Below are positions 36,297 through 48,360 of a stretch of DNA of 64,000 nt, one piece after another. Location: the NCBI RefSeq assembly GCF_032062105.1, contig NW_026938891.1, positions 186,001 through 250,000 of the forward strand. Reading direction: 5' to 3'. The stretch is from Saccostrea cucullata (lineage: Eukaryota). The position numbers were made by a program, and so were the translations under genes. Under the pieces are notes generated by a model. The model saw only the letters and a list, made by a program, of their open reading frames with translations. It was not told the origin of the DNA and did not search any database. Position 1 is the first letter of the stretch, and each line of letters starts with the position of its first letter.

Positions 36297-39276
36297 GTCA
36301 ATTACGTCTAAAATTTTTGATGTAAAAGATATGTTATTTAAAATTTAAATGCTTCATAAGTTTTGTTTGTAAAAGGTAAGGTCTGAAGCAAGTCTGGCAG
36401 TTTTCATCCCTAGGTGTCATCCCTAGATGCATGATGCCATCATACATGTAAGTTTCATCCAAGCAGGGCTTTGGAATGGACCTGCTTCTTAAACTTTGAC
36501 CAAGACACTGACACTCATGCCAAGGCTACTGAAATAATAAAACCAATCATAGAAGATTGATTGGCACTAATTTATGAATATGAAGGTAATGCTAAGCCAT
36601 GCCTCAATGCCCACAAGACAGTAAATAATATCAATGAATATTTTTTTTTTCCTTTTACAAATCTAAATGTCCAATAAAAAAAGTCCACGGACCTTTACAG
36701 TAACCTGAGTATAACTGATACATGTAATACAATACTGTATTTTGGATCCACTGAAGTAATCAACTGATGGATAAAGGTGTGCTGCTCCAAAGCAAAGGGA
36801 ATAGAATTATAATAAAGGACCAACAAAACAGTTGGTCTACTCCTTTATTTATTTAGTATAAGTACTTTTTTGAAAAGTAGATATTGCACAAAGATAAGGT
36901 ATTTTTGTCTCATTTTTATCATTTATTTATTTATTATTTACAAGTCTTCCTTAATAGCTTACCATTAAAAAAAATCACAATTACTTTTTGTATAATATAC
37001 TTCAAAAAATATTTACTTCTTATATTCAATTTGATCTATCAATTGCATTACCTACAGTAATTGATTATCAAAGGTAAATAACAAGGGGAACAACTTCTCT
37101 CATTAGGATACCATATCATTAGAGCCCTGGCCAAGCACCGGAACACTAGACACAGAGATCCATAATTTCAAAAATCTGCTAGCAAATAAACACCCCTTCC
37201 AAGCACAACTTTAAGATGCCCAAGGGAAGATAAGAATTTATTCATTCTCATTACATTACATTATACCAACCAGCTTTGAAATTTCCAATTTTAGTAAAGG
37301 CACAACTGCATTCACTCAAGCACAATCACCTGCTAAATACCCAGGAGTAGAGAAGATTTTTCTAATACTACTAATGCATTTCAGTACAGTATCAATTATA
37401 GAGCAACACTAATGTCAGAACCTCTGAATTTGGGATCATAAATTTTGCCATTTTGAACCATCCTTGTTCAGCATAATCCATCTTCGCTAGCCAAGGGTTT
37501 CTGATATGCTACTCTCCTCATCAACTCTTGGCATAGCTACAGTGTTTAAAAAAAAGGTGGGATTTTTTTCTCAAGTAGTGATTGGAGTGGATTGGCATTA
37601 ATTGACCAATCAGCAACTGTTTTTGGTAAATGACAATTGTGTGCGTTAGGGATATATTTTGACTCTTTACTATCGGAAATGAAAAGCGCAAGTAAACAAC
37701 CATCACACGCCATGCTATGAAAGGATATGGTGTGATCCAATATCTAAATTCTAAAACCAGAACCCCTGATCCAGAAGTCAAATTTACTTTTATTAGCCTA
37801 TATTATTCACTATCAATTTTTTATTCATGATGAAGTTGGATAATATTTAACATGTCTAATTGTCTGTTTGGTTCCCCAAGTACCCCGGTAATAGTTTGTG
37901 CTGAAATGTTAAGTGATTTACACCTGAATACATTATGTAAGCAAAATTTTCAAAATTTTACCAATTTCATCAACTACCTGATAATTTTTCCTAATTCCCC
38001 AAAATGGCATTTCCCAAAATAGGCTGATATATTTCCATACTTTTCCATGGAGTCTACATCGTATATCAAAGCCAGAATTTGACAAACCATCACACAACTT
38101 TTTCTTCTTCCGTGTCCTTATATGGAAAAATTTCTTTAATTTTTAAACAGGTAAACTAAAATGGTGGGAATAAATCAATAATACCAAGAAAACATTTTAG
38201 CTAATAGATTTGATGGTTAGTCGATTTCTTGCTCTCCGATTCATAGTTGGTCAAGAAAGCTTTCATCCTTTTAGTAAATTCTTTCATCCAGACCAAAGAA
38301 TTTTTTAAAAAAAAAGAAATATAATCTAATCGACCAAAATTGGAGGGGAAAAACAGAGAAATAATGTAGATAAAAATTTAATAAATGCATCTTACCAAAC
38401 AATGAAAGAAACACAGGTGCTCATAGCCTTAAAAAATAAAACAGTAAAATAACTAAACTTAAAAGATTTAACAGCACCATACCTGTCTACTGCGTAACTA
38501 CCTTTAGAAATTCAATTAAATTAACAATATCATTGCTCATTGGATAGCTGCATCAGTCTGTCAGCTGCATTTAAATAAACTGCGCTTGATTTAAATGTGC
38601 GCAAATTATTTTCTTTCACCGGCTACCTTATTACCTTTCAGACATGATTAAGAACGTTAACTTACCAGTAAAACAGAACTGTTTTCACGAGCATTCAACA
38701 TTTTATGGACTCTCCTTGTCATGTTGATGTTAATATGCAGAAAAAACAACGTTAGTGTCAATGAGTATTGAGTATGATCCATCATTTGTCTTTAATTAAC
38801 TTTTAATAAGAATACCGTGCCCGATCCAATATTTTATGTGATTTAATGAAAAGGATGGAAAGTGATAAAATACAATGATTTAGTGTAAAGAATTTGAGAC
38901 TCGGAGAAATGCGTAATAATATGTAGTATACAGGGTGAAAGACAAAAGCCACAAAGGTTAGGGTGTAATGATACACGGGAAATTCCGACGGCAAAGTTCA
39001 TTCTCTATCATAATTTTACCAGTAACTTCCTAAAAAAAATTCAGCTTCTAGGCCTATAAAGGCCTATATTGTTTTCGAGAACTAAATATATCTAACCCTT
39101 AAATCAAATTTTATGGTTAATTGTTGGTCCTTGAAATTGGACATAAATTTATATGAATATTTTTGTCCCCTTCTCCAGCTGTAAAACAACAATCAGTGAA
39201 AAGCTTCAGTTGATAGAAATTTTATTTTAAAAAAGTGAGACCGATCTCATAAAACTCCAAACAATACAAATTTGTG

Positions 39277-39375
39277 AACAGGGTATAAACACTTGGAAAG
39301 TCCAGAGGTGGGATCAGGAACCTAGGAGAAGTAAGCATCCCCCGTTGACTGGTCACACTCGTCGTGAGCCCTATA
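39277..39375 (-). repeat. interspersed repeat related to the 3' part of the element at 48899-49330
   Basis: ggtgggatcagg..ctaggag.agtaagcatcccc..gactggtcacac..cgtgagccc is the reverse complement of a degenerate motif at 49255-49320. Confidence 0.45.
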
Positions 39376-40357
39376 TATTTATCTGATATTTAATTAAAAG
39401 GACATTTTGTGTAGAAATAAAGGTCTTATATTTCGACACAGTGGTAGGTTATATTTGCTAATAAGGTCATTAGAACAACCATGAAATTAAAGAAACCTTG
39501 TCCATGCCAATAAAACTTATAAATGCATTCTATACCCGTAGAGCGAACTCAGTAAAAGCCGAATTATTCTTCCCCAGGGAGATGGAGATGTGCGCGAGGC
39601 AATTAATGTCCGCAGTTTTGAGGGAGGGCTCTTAAAATCTACTGGGTTTAAATTATAGGTAGAATACTAATTATTTAGAAGCCTTTGCCCCCTCTCCTGT
39701 TTTTTTTTTGGGGGGGGGGGGTTCCGTCTATATCAAATGCTATTATAAAAAAAGAAAAGGAAATCAATTGTAGTAGAGTAATTCTTCAATAAAATAAGCT
39801 GCCTTTCAATTTTTCACGTATTTCCATTTCAAAATATTTTTTCTTGGTACAAATTGACATCGGGTAGTTGTGGAAGTACCGCGTCGAAATATAGGGAAAA
39901 GTACCAAATTCCCGGAAGTTGACATAATTTCCTGCATGGTTGAACTCCCTAGTTGAGATAGAGAAGAGTACTGAATGGGTAGACGTTACCCGATTGGCTT
40001 TGTAAATATTTTCATTTTAAAGCAAATACTTTTAGTAAATATCTCTCTTTTGATTTTTTTCTCTAATTTTCTTCGACCCCCCCCCCTTCTTTTAAATATA
40101 ATTTTGGTACCAGTGCCTGGGGCATTTTACGTATTTTGTATATAAATAAAGGTTTTTGACAGTAACCTTTTTAGGGCAATAGATGACTACTCCCTGGGGT
40201 AAACGTTTATTTTTTCTTTAACTAAGAAAGCTAAAAACCTATAGGATCCTGATTCCACCCCCTGAAGTCTGCTGCCGTAAATTGTCTTGCCAGCGTTTTG
40301 GGCATATGGGTGATCATGTGCGATAATGCCCAACTTTGGTGCCACGCACATTACTGG

Positions 40358-40405
40358 AAGAAGAAGAAGAAGAAGAAGAAGAAGGTTAAGAAGAAGAAGA
40401 AGAAG
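40358..40405. repeat. interrupted (GAA)n microsatellite
   Basis: Two GAA runs, each ending in ggtt. Confidence 0.9.
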
Positions 40406-40860
40406 GTTTGCATCAATTACACTGACTCCATCGCTGTGGAAAACCGGACGAGATTTCTTGGCATGCTTTAGGCGGGTCATTGAAATCCCTGTAACACCAA
40501 CTCATGTGTGAGTAGCCTGTCTAGAGTAGAGAATAAGTCAGTACCGGAACAACAAACACCATGCATCTACAAGTGAGAGCGAAATATTATTACATAAAAT
40601 ATAAAACTGAAATTCTAAATCATCTCGTTTGTCATATACAATGAAGTACAATCTGTTGTTAGTTGGCCTTTAATTGTATGTTTATAGTCAGTAAACCATG
40701 CATCCAAATATAGATCAAATGCCGCAGACTTATTTCAAGTTCACTGGGATACAAGTAATGGAGTCGACATATAAATCAGGATTCCATCCCAGTTAATAAA
40801 AAAAATTGACAAGCCCCCCCCCCCAAAAAAAAAGAAGGAAAACTCTCCCAAACGTGAGAG

Positions 40861-41035
40861 TAGTGTTTTCCCGCGTTTCGTAGTATAGCGGGAAAACATT
40901 GTATGATAGGAACGTATTTTATTGGTTTTTGCCTGTATAGTAGGCGTGGTCAAAGGAAGGCCAATGAGAAAGCAGTATTCAGTAAGGTGTTCGAATCATT
41001 CTAAGCCAGTGCTCTTCAACACACACACGTGTTTT
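40861..41035 (+). repeat. split direct repeat A1 (identical to A2 46233-46407), with 11-bp-stem hairpin 40864-40898
   Basis: Direct comparison of copies; tgttttcccgc..gcgggaaaaca. Confidence 0.95.
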
Positions 41036-41052
41036 GCGGAGGCCTCGGGAGC

Positions 41053-44000
41053 ATGGAGGCGGCTAATCTCGAAGTTCTTCTAAACAGAGTTTCCGACATG
41101 ATGGATAACAAGTTGCAATCTTTGGAAGCGAAAATGGCTAAGCAACAAAAGCAGCAACACGAGCAGCAGTTGTCAAAACTGCAGTCAGTCACCGACAAAA
41201 CTTTCGTATTCAAGAAGAAAGGAAATGAGGCACAATTCAAATTCAACAATACTGTTAAGGAAAAACTTGTGGGGGCTAATTCAAGTTTAAACGACGGAGA
41301 CGCAGAGTCTGCTTTTCAACAGATAACAGACGGTATTCAGCTTATTAATAATAGGCAAAAGTTAGTGAAGCTCGCTGATTCCTCTAAAAACGGATGGAGA
41401 ACTGTCCAAGAATATACACAACACGAGCTGGCCTCTGACCAGGTTGGGCACAGCCTACCAAATGGTACTTTATCCCCCGTTTGGTAGATAATCTACCATA
41501 TCGGTAACGAATTTTACTAACCAAATGGGGGACTTTTTTATTCTATTGCAATTTTTATTAAAATAAAACAAAAGCGCATTTATTCAGGCAATGGGGAATT
41601 TTAATGAACATATTCCTCGTACAATTAACATAAAACGGTCGAATTTCTATGTGTAATTTCTCCGTAAATTCGTAAAAACAATACCCGTAGTTGTCTGTAA
41701 CAGTCGAACTTCTTGATCAAACGATCAAAAAAAAATCTTTATTGTGTCTTGTTGGATAAAAATCCAATTTTATACAGTGATTTAACTCTTGATGGGTTAA
41801 CTTTGAATCTCTTTTTGGATCTTCGTCAATGTTTATCTCCATAAGATCCTGTTAAACACGAGCTCCTCATGCCTTACCGGTATGGTGGGCACTTCCTGCT
41901 ATAAAGTTAATTTTTTCCAGAGTTGTACGTAATATTTGTTGTTATTTTTCTTTTAGGATGAAGTTGCAGATTCCATGCGATCTTTTGGGGTTTAATATGC
42001 ATATTACTGGTGAATTTAATAAATTCGAAAAATAATATTCAATAAAAGATGTACAAAATGACTTTTGCCATTATTCTTGTTTTTGTTCCAAGTACATCGT
42101 TTTAAAACAATAATTATGTCATACCCCAACTGCATTTACTATTTCTATGAAGAACAAAGCCATTGTGTTCAAAATAAAAAGAAATAAAGGCAAAACTTAT
42201 TTTTCTTCTGATTTCCTAGTTGAAAATTAATACAAATGTGCCTCCGTAGTTAAATCCGACTTTTCATCAAGTTTAAAATAGATCATCGTTTTGATTGGTT
42301 TGCACTAATTGATTGGTTGCCCGGATAATCAAAATAGAAAGTAAAGGACATGATTGACAGGTGCAGCATCGTTGGAGAAGGAGAGAATTTTCTTTTAAAG
42401 TAAAAAACGGAGAAACATTACACTTGTTTACATAAGCTACGTTTTTGTCAAATTTTTGAAACGACTCTGCGCAAAAAATTGCACATAGAATTTTTGATTT
42501 TTTTCACCCAGAACACCGATAAATATCTATATTTTATTCCACATGGTTTAAAATTATGCGAAATTCCACTCCACTCTATAGAATTAAACACAACCAATTT
42601 TGTCCCCCATTTGGTTAGTAAAATTCGTTACCGATATGGTAGATTATCTACCAAACGGGGGATAAAGTACCATTTGGTAGGCTGTGCCCAACCTGCTGAC
42701 GACGAAGACGAAAAAAGAATATTAAAGGCAGAGATTAGGGCAGAGAAAAAACTGAAAGATGAAAGAATACAGAAAGCCAGAAGTCAACGGAGGAGCGTAC
42801 CTTATGCACCCCCAGAGAAAAGTGTTCAGGAGCGGTCAAGCAAAGCTGAAGCCAGTAGAAAACCGGGAACCTGTTTCAAGTGTGGTTTTACAGGGCATTG
42901 GGCTAAAGAGTGCACAAATAAGGAAACAGTTTCTAAGATAAGTATATTAGATAGTATTTCTATCAAACTGTTTAGGAATATTGGCGCTAATGAAGCTAAG
43001 CACGCAGAGAATTTAATCGAACACGAGAGCGTATGTTTAGAAACAGTAGATGAAAACGAAAGTCCAGTCGGTCGCTTAAGGGCTCATTTGTCAAAATGGG
43101 AAAGTATTGGGGCCGATGATTATATTTTAGATATTTTGAGAAACGGATATAAAATACCATTTAAGAACGTGCCGAGTCGCGTGTTTCTTAACAATAACAA
43201 GACGGCTCGGGATAACGGTGAGATTGTTTACAAAGAAATACAAAAACTCATTCAGAAAGGTTGTGTAACCGAGGTCAAGGACATACCTCACGTTGTAAAT
43301 CCTTTAACTGTTGCATTCAACAAGACGGGTAACGCTCGTTTAGTTTTGGATTGTAGACACATTAATCAATGTATACATAGTTTTCCTTTTAGAATGGAAG
43401 ACACAAAAGTTGCTCGCGATATTTTTGACAAAGGTGATTTTTTATTTAGTTTTGATCTGAAGTCAGCATACCATCATATAGAAATTTTTGAAGATCATAA
43501 AAAATATTTAGGTTTTCACTGGGAATATGACGGCACTTTGAAATATTTTGTGTTCAATGTTTTACCCTTTGGTATTTCGTCTGCCGCATTCATATTCACA
43601 AAAGTTTTGAGAAAGGTAGTTCAATATTGGCGAGGAACAGGTATTAGGGTTATTATGTACCTAGATGACGGTCTGGCTGGATCAAATAATTTCCTAGAAG
43701 CTGTAAGTATTAGTAACTTCGTTCAGACTTCTTTAGAACAATTGGGTTTTGTTGTGGCACATTCAAAAAGTGTATGGCAGCCTCAACAAAATTTAGTATG
43801 GTTAGGGTTTGAGTGGAACACTGAAAAGGGCAGTATAAAGATCACTTCTGAAAGAACAGAAAAATTACTTGCAAATATCAGTGAAATTTTAGACAAAGTA
43901 CAATCAGGTCAGCTTGTTTTCAAGGTAAGGCGTATAGCAAGTATCGTAGGACAAATCATTTCTATGGAAGCCGCTATAGGACATGCGGCAAGATTTTATA

Positions 44001-44959
44001 CAAGGTGTCTATATGACGTTATTCTTAAGAGAATTAATTGGAACTCGCAGGTAAGATTAAGTTCAGGGTCTGAAGAAGAGTTGTTATTTTGGAAACAAAA
44101 TTTATTGCATTTAAACGGTTCTGATATAAAATGTCAAGAAAAGGAATCTGATTTGAATGTATACAGTGATGCATCAGATACAGGTTTTGGTGCTTTTATA
44201 GAAGGAATCAGTGATTCAGAAACGTTTGGTACGTGGACAAGCGAGGAGTCTTGTCGGAGTTCTACTTGGAGAGAACTCGAAACTGTAAATAGAGCATTGA
44301 ATACCATAGGAGAAAGTATTCAGGATAGACAAGTCAATTGGTACAATGATAATAAAAATGTTTGTAGAATTTTAGAGGTGGGCAGTAAAAAACCATATTT
44401 GCACAGTATTGCAAAAGAAATACATGATAAGTGTGCCACAAAAAATGTGCTTTTAAATAGCATTTGGGTACCACGAGAAAAGAACACAAGAGCAGATGCT
44501 CTGAGAAGGTGTTTTGATAGCGATGATTGGGGAATTAAATCTCATGTGTTTGAAAACATTGACAGAAACTGGGGCCCTCATACATGTGACAGGTTCGCTA
44601 CTGATTATAACACAAAATGTAAAACATTTAATTCAAGGTGGTGGTGTACAGGCACAAAAGGGGTCGATGCATTTAGTCAAGGTTGGGGTGAGGATAATCA
44701 CTGGTTAGTACCCCCACCCAGACTTATCGGTAAAACCGTTCTTAAATTGAAATCAGATAAAGGCAAGGGTACTTTAATAGTTCCTGTCTGGAAGTCTGCT
44801 CCTTATTGGCCACTTCTAAAACAGGGGGACAAATGGCAATATTTCGTGAAAGAAATTAAACATACAACATCCTTGATAACCCAAAAGGGAAAAGGGGACA
44901 ATGGTATTTTCGGTGGGCACAAAATATTTGATATGGTCATTCTTAGATTACAGTTCTAG
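41053..44959 (+). CDS. gag-pol polyprotein of the PAT-like element (Gag, CCHC knuckle, RT, RNase H, N6-adenine MTase-like), interrupted by MITE 41440-42695
   Basis: ATG 41053-41439 joins in frame to 42701-44959 once the MITE and one TSD are removed (ELASD|DEDEKRIL), giving about 881 aa; CFKCGFTGHWAKEC; FDLKSAYHH, LPFG, YLDDG; YSDASDTGFG, SSTWREL, WVPREKNTRAD; DRFA..VDAFSQ.W..WLVPPP. Confidence 0.9.
41440..42695. mobile_element. non-autonomous DNA transposon (MITE), 94-bp perfect TIRs starting CAGG, 5-bp TSD CTGAC; hAT5-like
   Basis: TIRs 41440-41533 and 42602-42695; CTGAC at 41435-41439 and 42696-42700; removal restores the gag frame. Confidence 0.93.
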
Positions 44960-45012
44960 AATTACATGTATATTAGGCATTTGTTTTATATATTACTTAT
45001 GTATTTTTTGCA

Positions 45013-46029
45013 GACCTAAGCTTGGACAAGACCATAGAGGAAGTGGTTAAATCAGCGGGTGTGGATTTAGAAGATTCGGAAAATGCCATTCTAGCGAGGA
45101 AGCTGTGTGATTTTCTTCTGAAATCAAAAAGTGTAAATACGAGTAAAAAATACATGTCAGCTTTTAACAGGTGGTGTAGGTTTATATATAACAAGAAAAA
45201 GCGGTCAGTTCCCGCTAATTCTGTGCATATTTCGTTGTATCTAACTCATCTTTTAAATATTGGATGTTCATTTCACGTGGTTTCAAGTGCAGTTTATGCC
45301 ATCAAGTGGGCACATTCCATTTTGGGTTACTCTGATCCTACCGATCATCCATTTGTGAAGAATTTGTTAGAGAGTTCCAGACGTCACAACAAATCCAAAG
45401 TATCCAAAAAGGCGGCAGTTTCCGCTAAAGATCTAATAGCTTTGTGTAATCTTTACTCCAACAGTACCAATCTCGTAGACGTGAGGGATATTTCCATGAT
45501 TTTATTAGCTTTCGCAGGATTTCTAAGATTTGACGAGCTCAGTTCATTAGCTTGTTCCGACATAGTTTTCGTGGAAAATTACATAAAAGTGTTCATACGT
45601 AAAAGTAAAACCGACCAATACAGGCAAGGAAATGAAATAGTTATATCAAGTGGTTCTACATCCGCCTGTCCTGTCAAAATGCTACTACGATACTATGAGT
45701 TGGGATGCATCGAAAAATCTTCAAATCATTTTTTGTTCAAACCTACATTCAATTCAAAAGGAAAAATTAATCTGGTGTACAAAAACAAAAAACTTAGCTA
45801 TACACGAGCGAGAGAATGTATTATATCAAAACTCAAGAGCATTATTGGTGATGTTAACATAGGCATTCATTCTTTGCGCGCTGGCGGAGCCACGGCAGCG
45901 GCCAATTCGGACATCAACGATAGGTGTTGGAAAAAACATGGGCGTTGGGCGTCGGATTCAGCGAAAGACGGTTATGTTCAAGACAGTCTGGACAGTAGAT
46001 TGTCAGTTTCTAAAAACTTAGGGCTATGA
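45013..46029 (+). CDS. tyrosine recombinase (YR) of the PAT-like element
   Basis: Catalytic residues intact: FAGFLRFDE (R), KSKTDQ (K), HSLRAGGAT (HxxR), KHGRW, AKDGYV (Y). No in-frame ATG at the ORF start; preceded by a strong splice acceptor ttttttgcag (45013). Confidence 0.92.
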   Translation, partial: DLSLDKTIEEVVKSAGVDLEDSENAILARKLCDFLLKSKSVNTSKKYMSAFNRWCRFIYNKKKRSVPANSVHISLYLTHLLNIGCSFHVVSSAVYAIKWAHSILGYSDPTDHPFVKNLLESSRRHNKSKVSKKAAVSAKDLIALCNLYSNSTNLVDVRDISMILLAFAGFLRFDELSSLACSDIVFVENYIKVFIRKSKTDQYRQGNEIVISSGSTSACPVKMLLRYYELGCIEKSSNHFLFKPTFNSKGKINLVYKNKKLSYTRARECIISKLKSIIGDVNIGIHSLRAGGATAAANSDINDRCWKKHGRWASDSAKDGYVQDSLDSRLSVSKNLGL

Positions 46030-46155
46030 TATTATCTACCAATTTCAAATATTGAAATAGAGATTATTTTATAATAAATAAAAAATTTGTTATTGTTATT
46101 ATTATATTTTTTGTCGATGATCTTTTTTCTTCCACTAACTTTTGAACTAGATATT

Positions 46156-46407
46156 CTAAGCTAGCCTGGCTTACAGCATAGTTGTTGTATTATTTGAGGT
46201 ATAGTCTGTCAAATAATGAGTGGAGATTATACTAGTGTTTTCCCGCGTTTCGTAGTATAGCGGGAAAACATTGTATGATAGGAACGTATTTTATTGGTTT
46301 TTGCCTGTATAGTAGGCGTGGTCAAAGGAAGGCCAATGAGAAAGCAGTATTCAGTAAGGTGTTCGAATCATTCTAAGCCAGTGCTCTTCAACACACACAC
46401 GTGTTTT
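46156..46407 (+). repeat. internal B1-A2 junction of the split direct repeats
   Basis: B1 46156-46232 immediately followed by A2 46233-46407. Confidence 0.95.
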
Positions 46408-46807
46408 TTAATTTTATTTATGTATATATATATATATATAATATTTGTCATGTTTGTATAAATATATCGGTAATAGAAGAAACAATTTTGTTGGAGTGAA
46501 TTTTAATTTCGATTTTTTTATACATGCAAACATTATAGGGTGTTCAGGCATTTTTCAAGTACTGCATTGAATGTACGTCCGACATTCTCCCTTGAGACAT
46601 TATTTACATAGCGACGGACACAGGTTTTCCATAGTTAACCGTCTATGGTTTTTGCCTGGGCGGTTTTTAATGTCGGTGATAGGGTATAATTTATTTCATG
46701 TAATATAATTTACAAATAGATTGCAGTGCTTTATTGTTTCACATACAATGTAATGTATGTTCAATATTTATGTGTTGTTTTTTCAAAATAAACGCCAGCT
46801 GCTCCCA

Positions 46808-46884
46808 CTAAGCTAGCCTGGCTTACAGCATAGTTGTTGTATTATTTGAGGTATAGTCTGTCAAATAATGAGTGGAGATTATAC
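46808..46884 (+). repeat. split direct repeat B2 (right end of element)
   Basis: Identical to B1. Confidence 0.95.
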
Positions 46885-48199
46885 AACTTATTTCTTTGGG
46901 GTGGAGGGGTGAGTTAGTGTCACTGGTCCGAGGGGGGGGGGGGTCCAGGGTCATTTTTTACCTTGTCTAGCATAAAATTTTGTTACTTTGCAAAATCAAG
47001 GGGACGGATATGTTTTTTTTCCTTCTTTTATAAGTTTTAAAATAAATTCTGCTTGATAGGTACATGTATATAAAAAGAGATAGGCCAATAAAGAAGCATG
47101 GTGCTCGTCTGCAAAGAACGTAGTTTTTCTCTCTTAATAATAAATTAATTTTAATTAAAGAAATGCATAGATTAAAATAAATCATTGGAATATCATATAA
47201 CTTTGACGGAGGGGGTGGCTTTTCATTTTTTTAATCAAAAGAGGGGGACCCCACACCCCACACCCCACTAAAATTGGGTTTGATTGGTACAGTGTATTTC
47301 TTTCTCCTTTTCTGATTTTTTAAGAGGTAAAGGGATGTTTCTCATTTTTTTTTTCGCCTTATGAAAAGATTTTAAACCATGCTATTTATAGTTCGTATGA
47401 TATTGTAACTATAAACAGTAGGATATTGTACGAATTTTACATTAACCTAGCATCAGCTACGGGCCGCACGCCCCCTTTTCGTGCTTTACTTTTTACTATT
47501 GGACATGTGGAAAATGTTCCGCAGTTGATTTCTATTTTTTTTCAATGCAGTGTAGTCAAATAAGCCTAGGTTGATATTAATAAAGTTTAGCGTAGAAAAA
47601 AGTTTGAAATTATCTCCCTAACAAAGCAAAAACGAAAACAAACACAGGCAGGGGGTATATATACTATATATACCGTATATATAATCACGGACCCCCCCCC
47701 CCCTTTCCGTCTTTTTATCCTCTCTTTTAAAGGGTAGATCCAAAATTTGAAATGTACCCAAGAGGGGCTCATAGCCCCCCTCCCCCTCCTAAAGGGGAAA
47801 GCCCTAAAGGTTGGGATGAATGACAGACATTTCTTATGGAGAAGCCGCTATTCATAAAATATTTGATTCTTCATATGAACTTAGAAGGATTGCATGTTTC
47901 CTAAAAAAATTTAAATAAAACAAATTTAAATAATAATAAATCAATCTATGCTTATAGGGTTGGGATGAATTATGGATATATTATAGATATTTCTTATTGA
48001 GATGTCCTATTCATAAAAATATTTAATTCTTTATATGAACTTAGAAGGATTACATTTTTCAAAAAAAAAAAAAAATAAATATTAAAATAAAATAAAAAAC
48101 AAGTAAATCTAATCATGCTAATATGCTTATCTTATCAATAAATATGATTTATTAAAAATATGTTTAAAATAGTTATAAAAAAAGAATAACATTTTTTCT

Positions 48200-48360
48200 C
48201 TCGATCGATCGATCGATAGGTATTGCCTATAGATCTATCGTACGATGTCTGTTGCTCATCTCGAGAAATCACCACCCCTGGTGACCGCCCCTGTCGAATG
48301 TTCTTTGTTTACAGATGGCGCTGATTTTCAATTTCAACACGAAGTAGTATGGCGGATATG
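48200..48360 (+). promoter_or_regulatory. putative SNX promoter / first exon region
   Basis: Locally CpG-rich, (GATC)n run at about 48201-48217, YY1-like agatggcg at 48313, ATG exon followed by gtaagt. Confidence 0.4.

Larger units (their letters stand above)
40861..46884 (+). mobile_element. full-length PAT-like (DIRS order) tyrosine-recombinase retrotransposon with split direct repeats
   Basis: A1 40861-41035 = A2 46233-46407 (175 bp); B1 46156-46232 = B2 46808-46884 (77 bp); A1..B1A2..B2 layout; gag/RT/RH/MT and YR ORFs; no TSD. Split direct repeats plus an MT domain fit PAT rather than Ngaro or DIRS1. Confidence 0.93.

Noticed and set aside
38666-38722. upstream coding exon of the TRP gene (MTRRVHKML..|gtaagt)
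   Set aside because: Good donor but phase 0, while the 36307 exon needs phase 1; may be 5' UTR or need an unseen exon, so not called
40187-40511. poly-Arg / poly-Leu ORFs (protamine- or signal-peptide-like)
   Set aside because: Artefacts of the GAA microsatellite
42479-42700. N-terminus of the 826-aa ORF as a genuine start
   Set aside because: TTG start inside the MITE; the real N-terminus is the gag ORF at 41053
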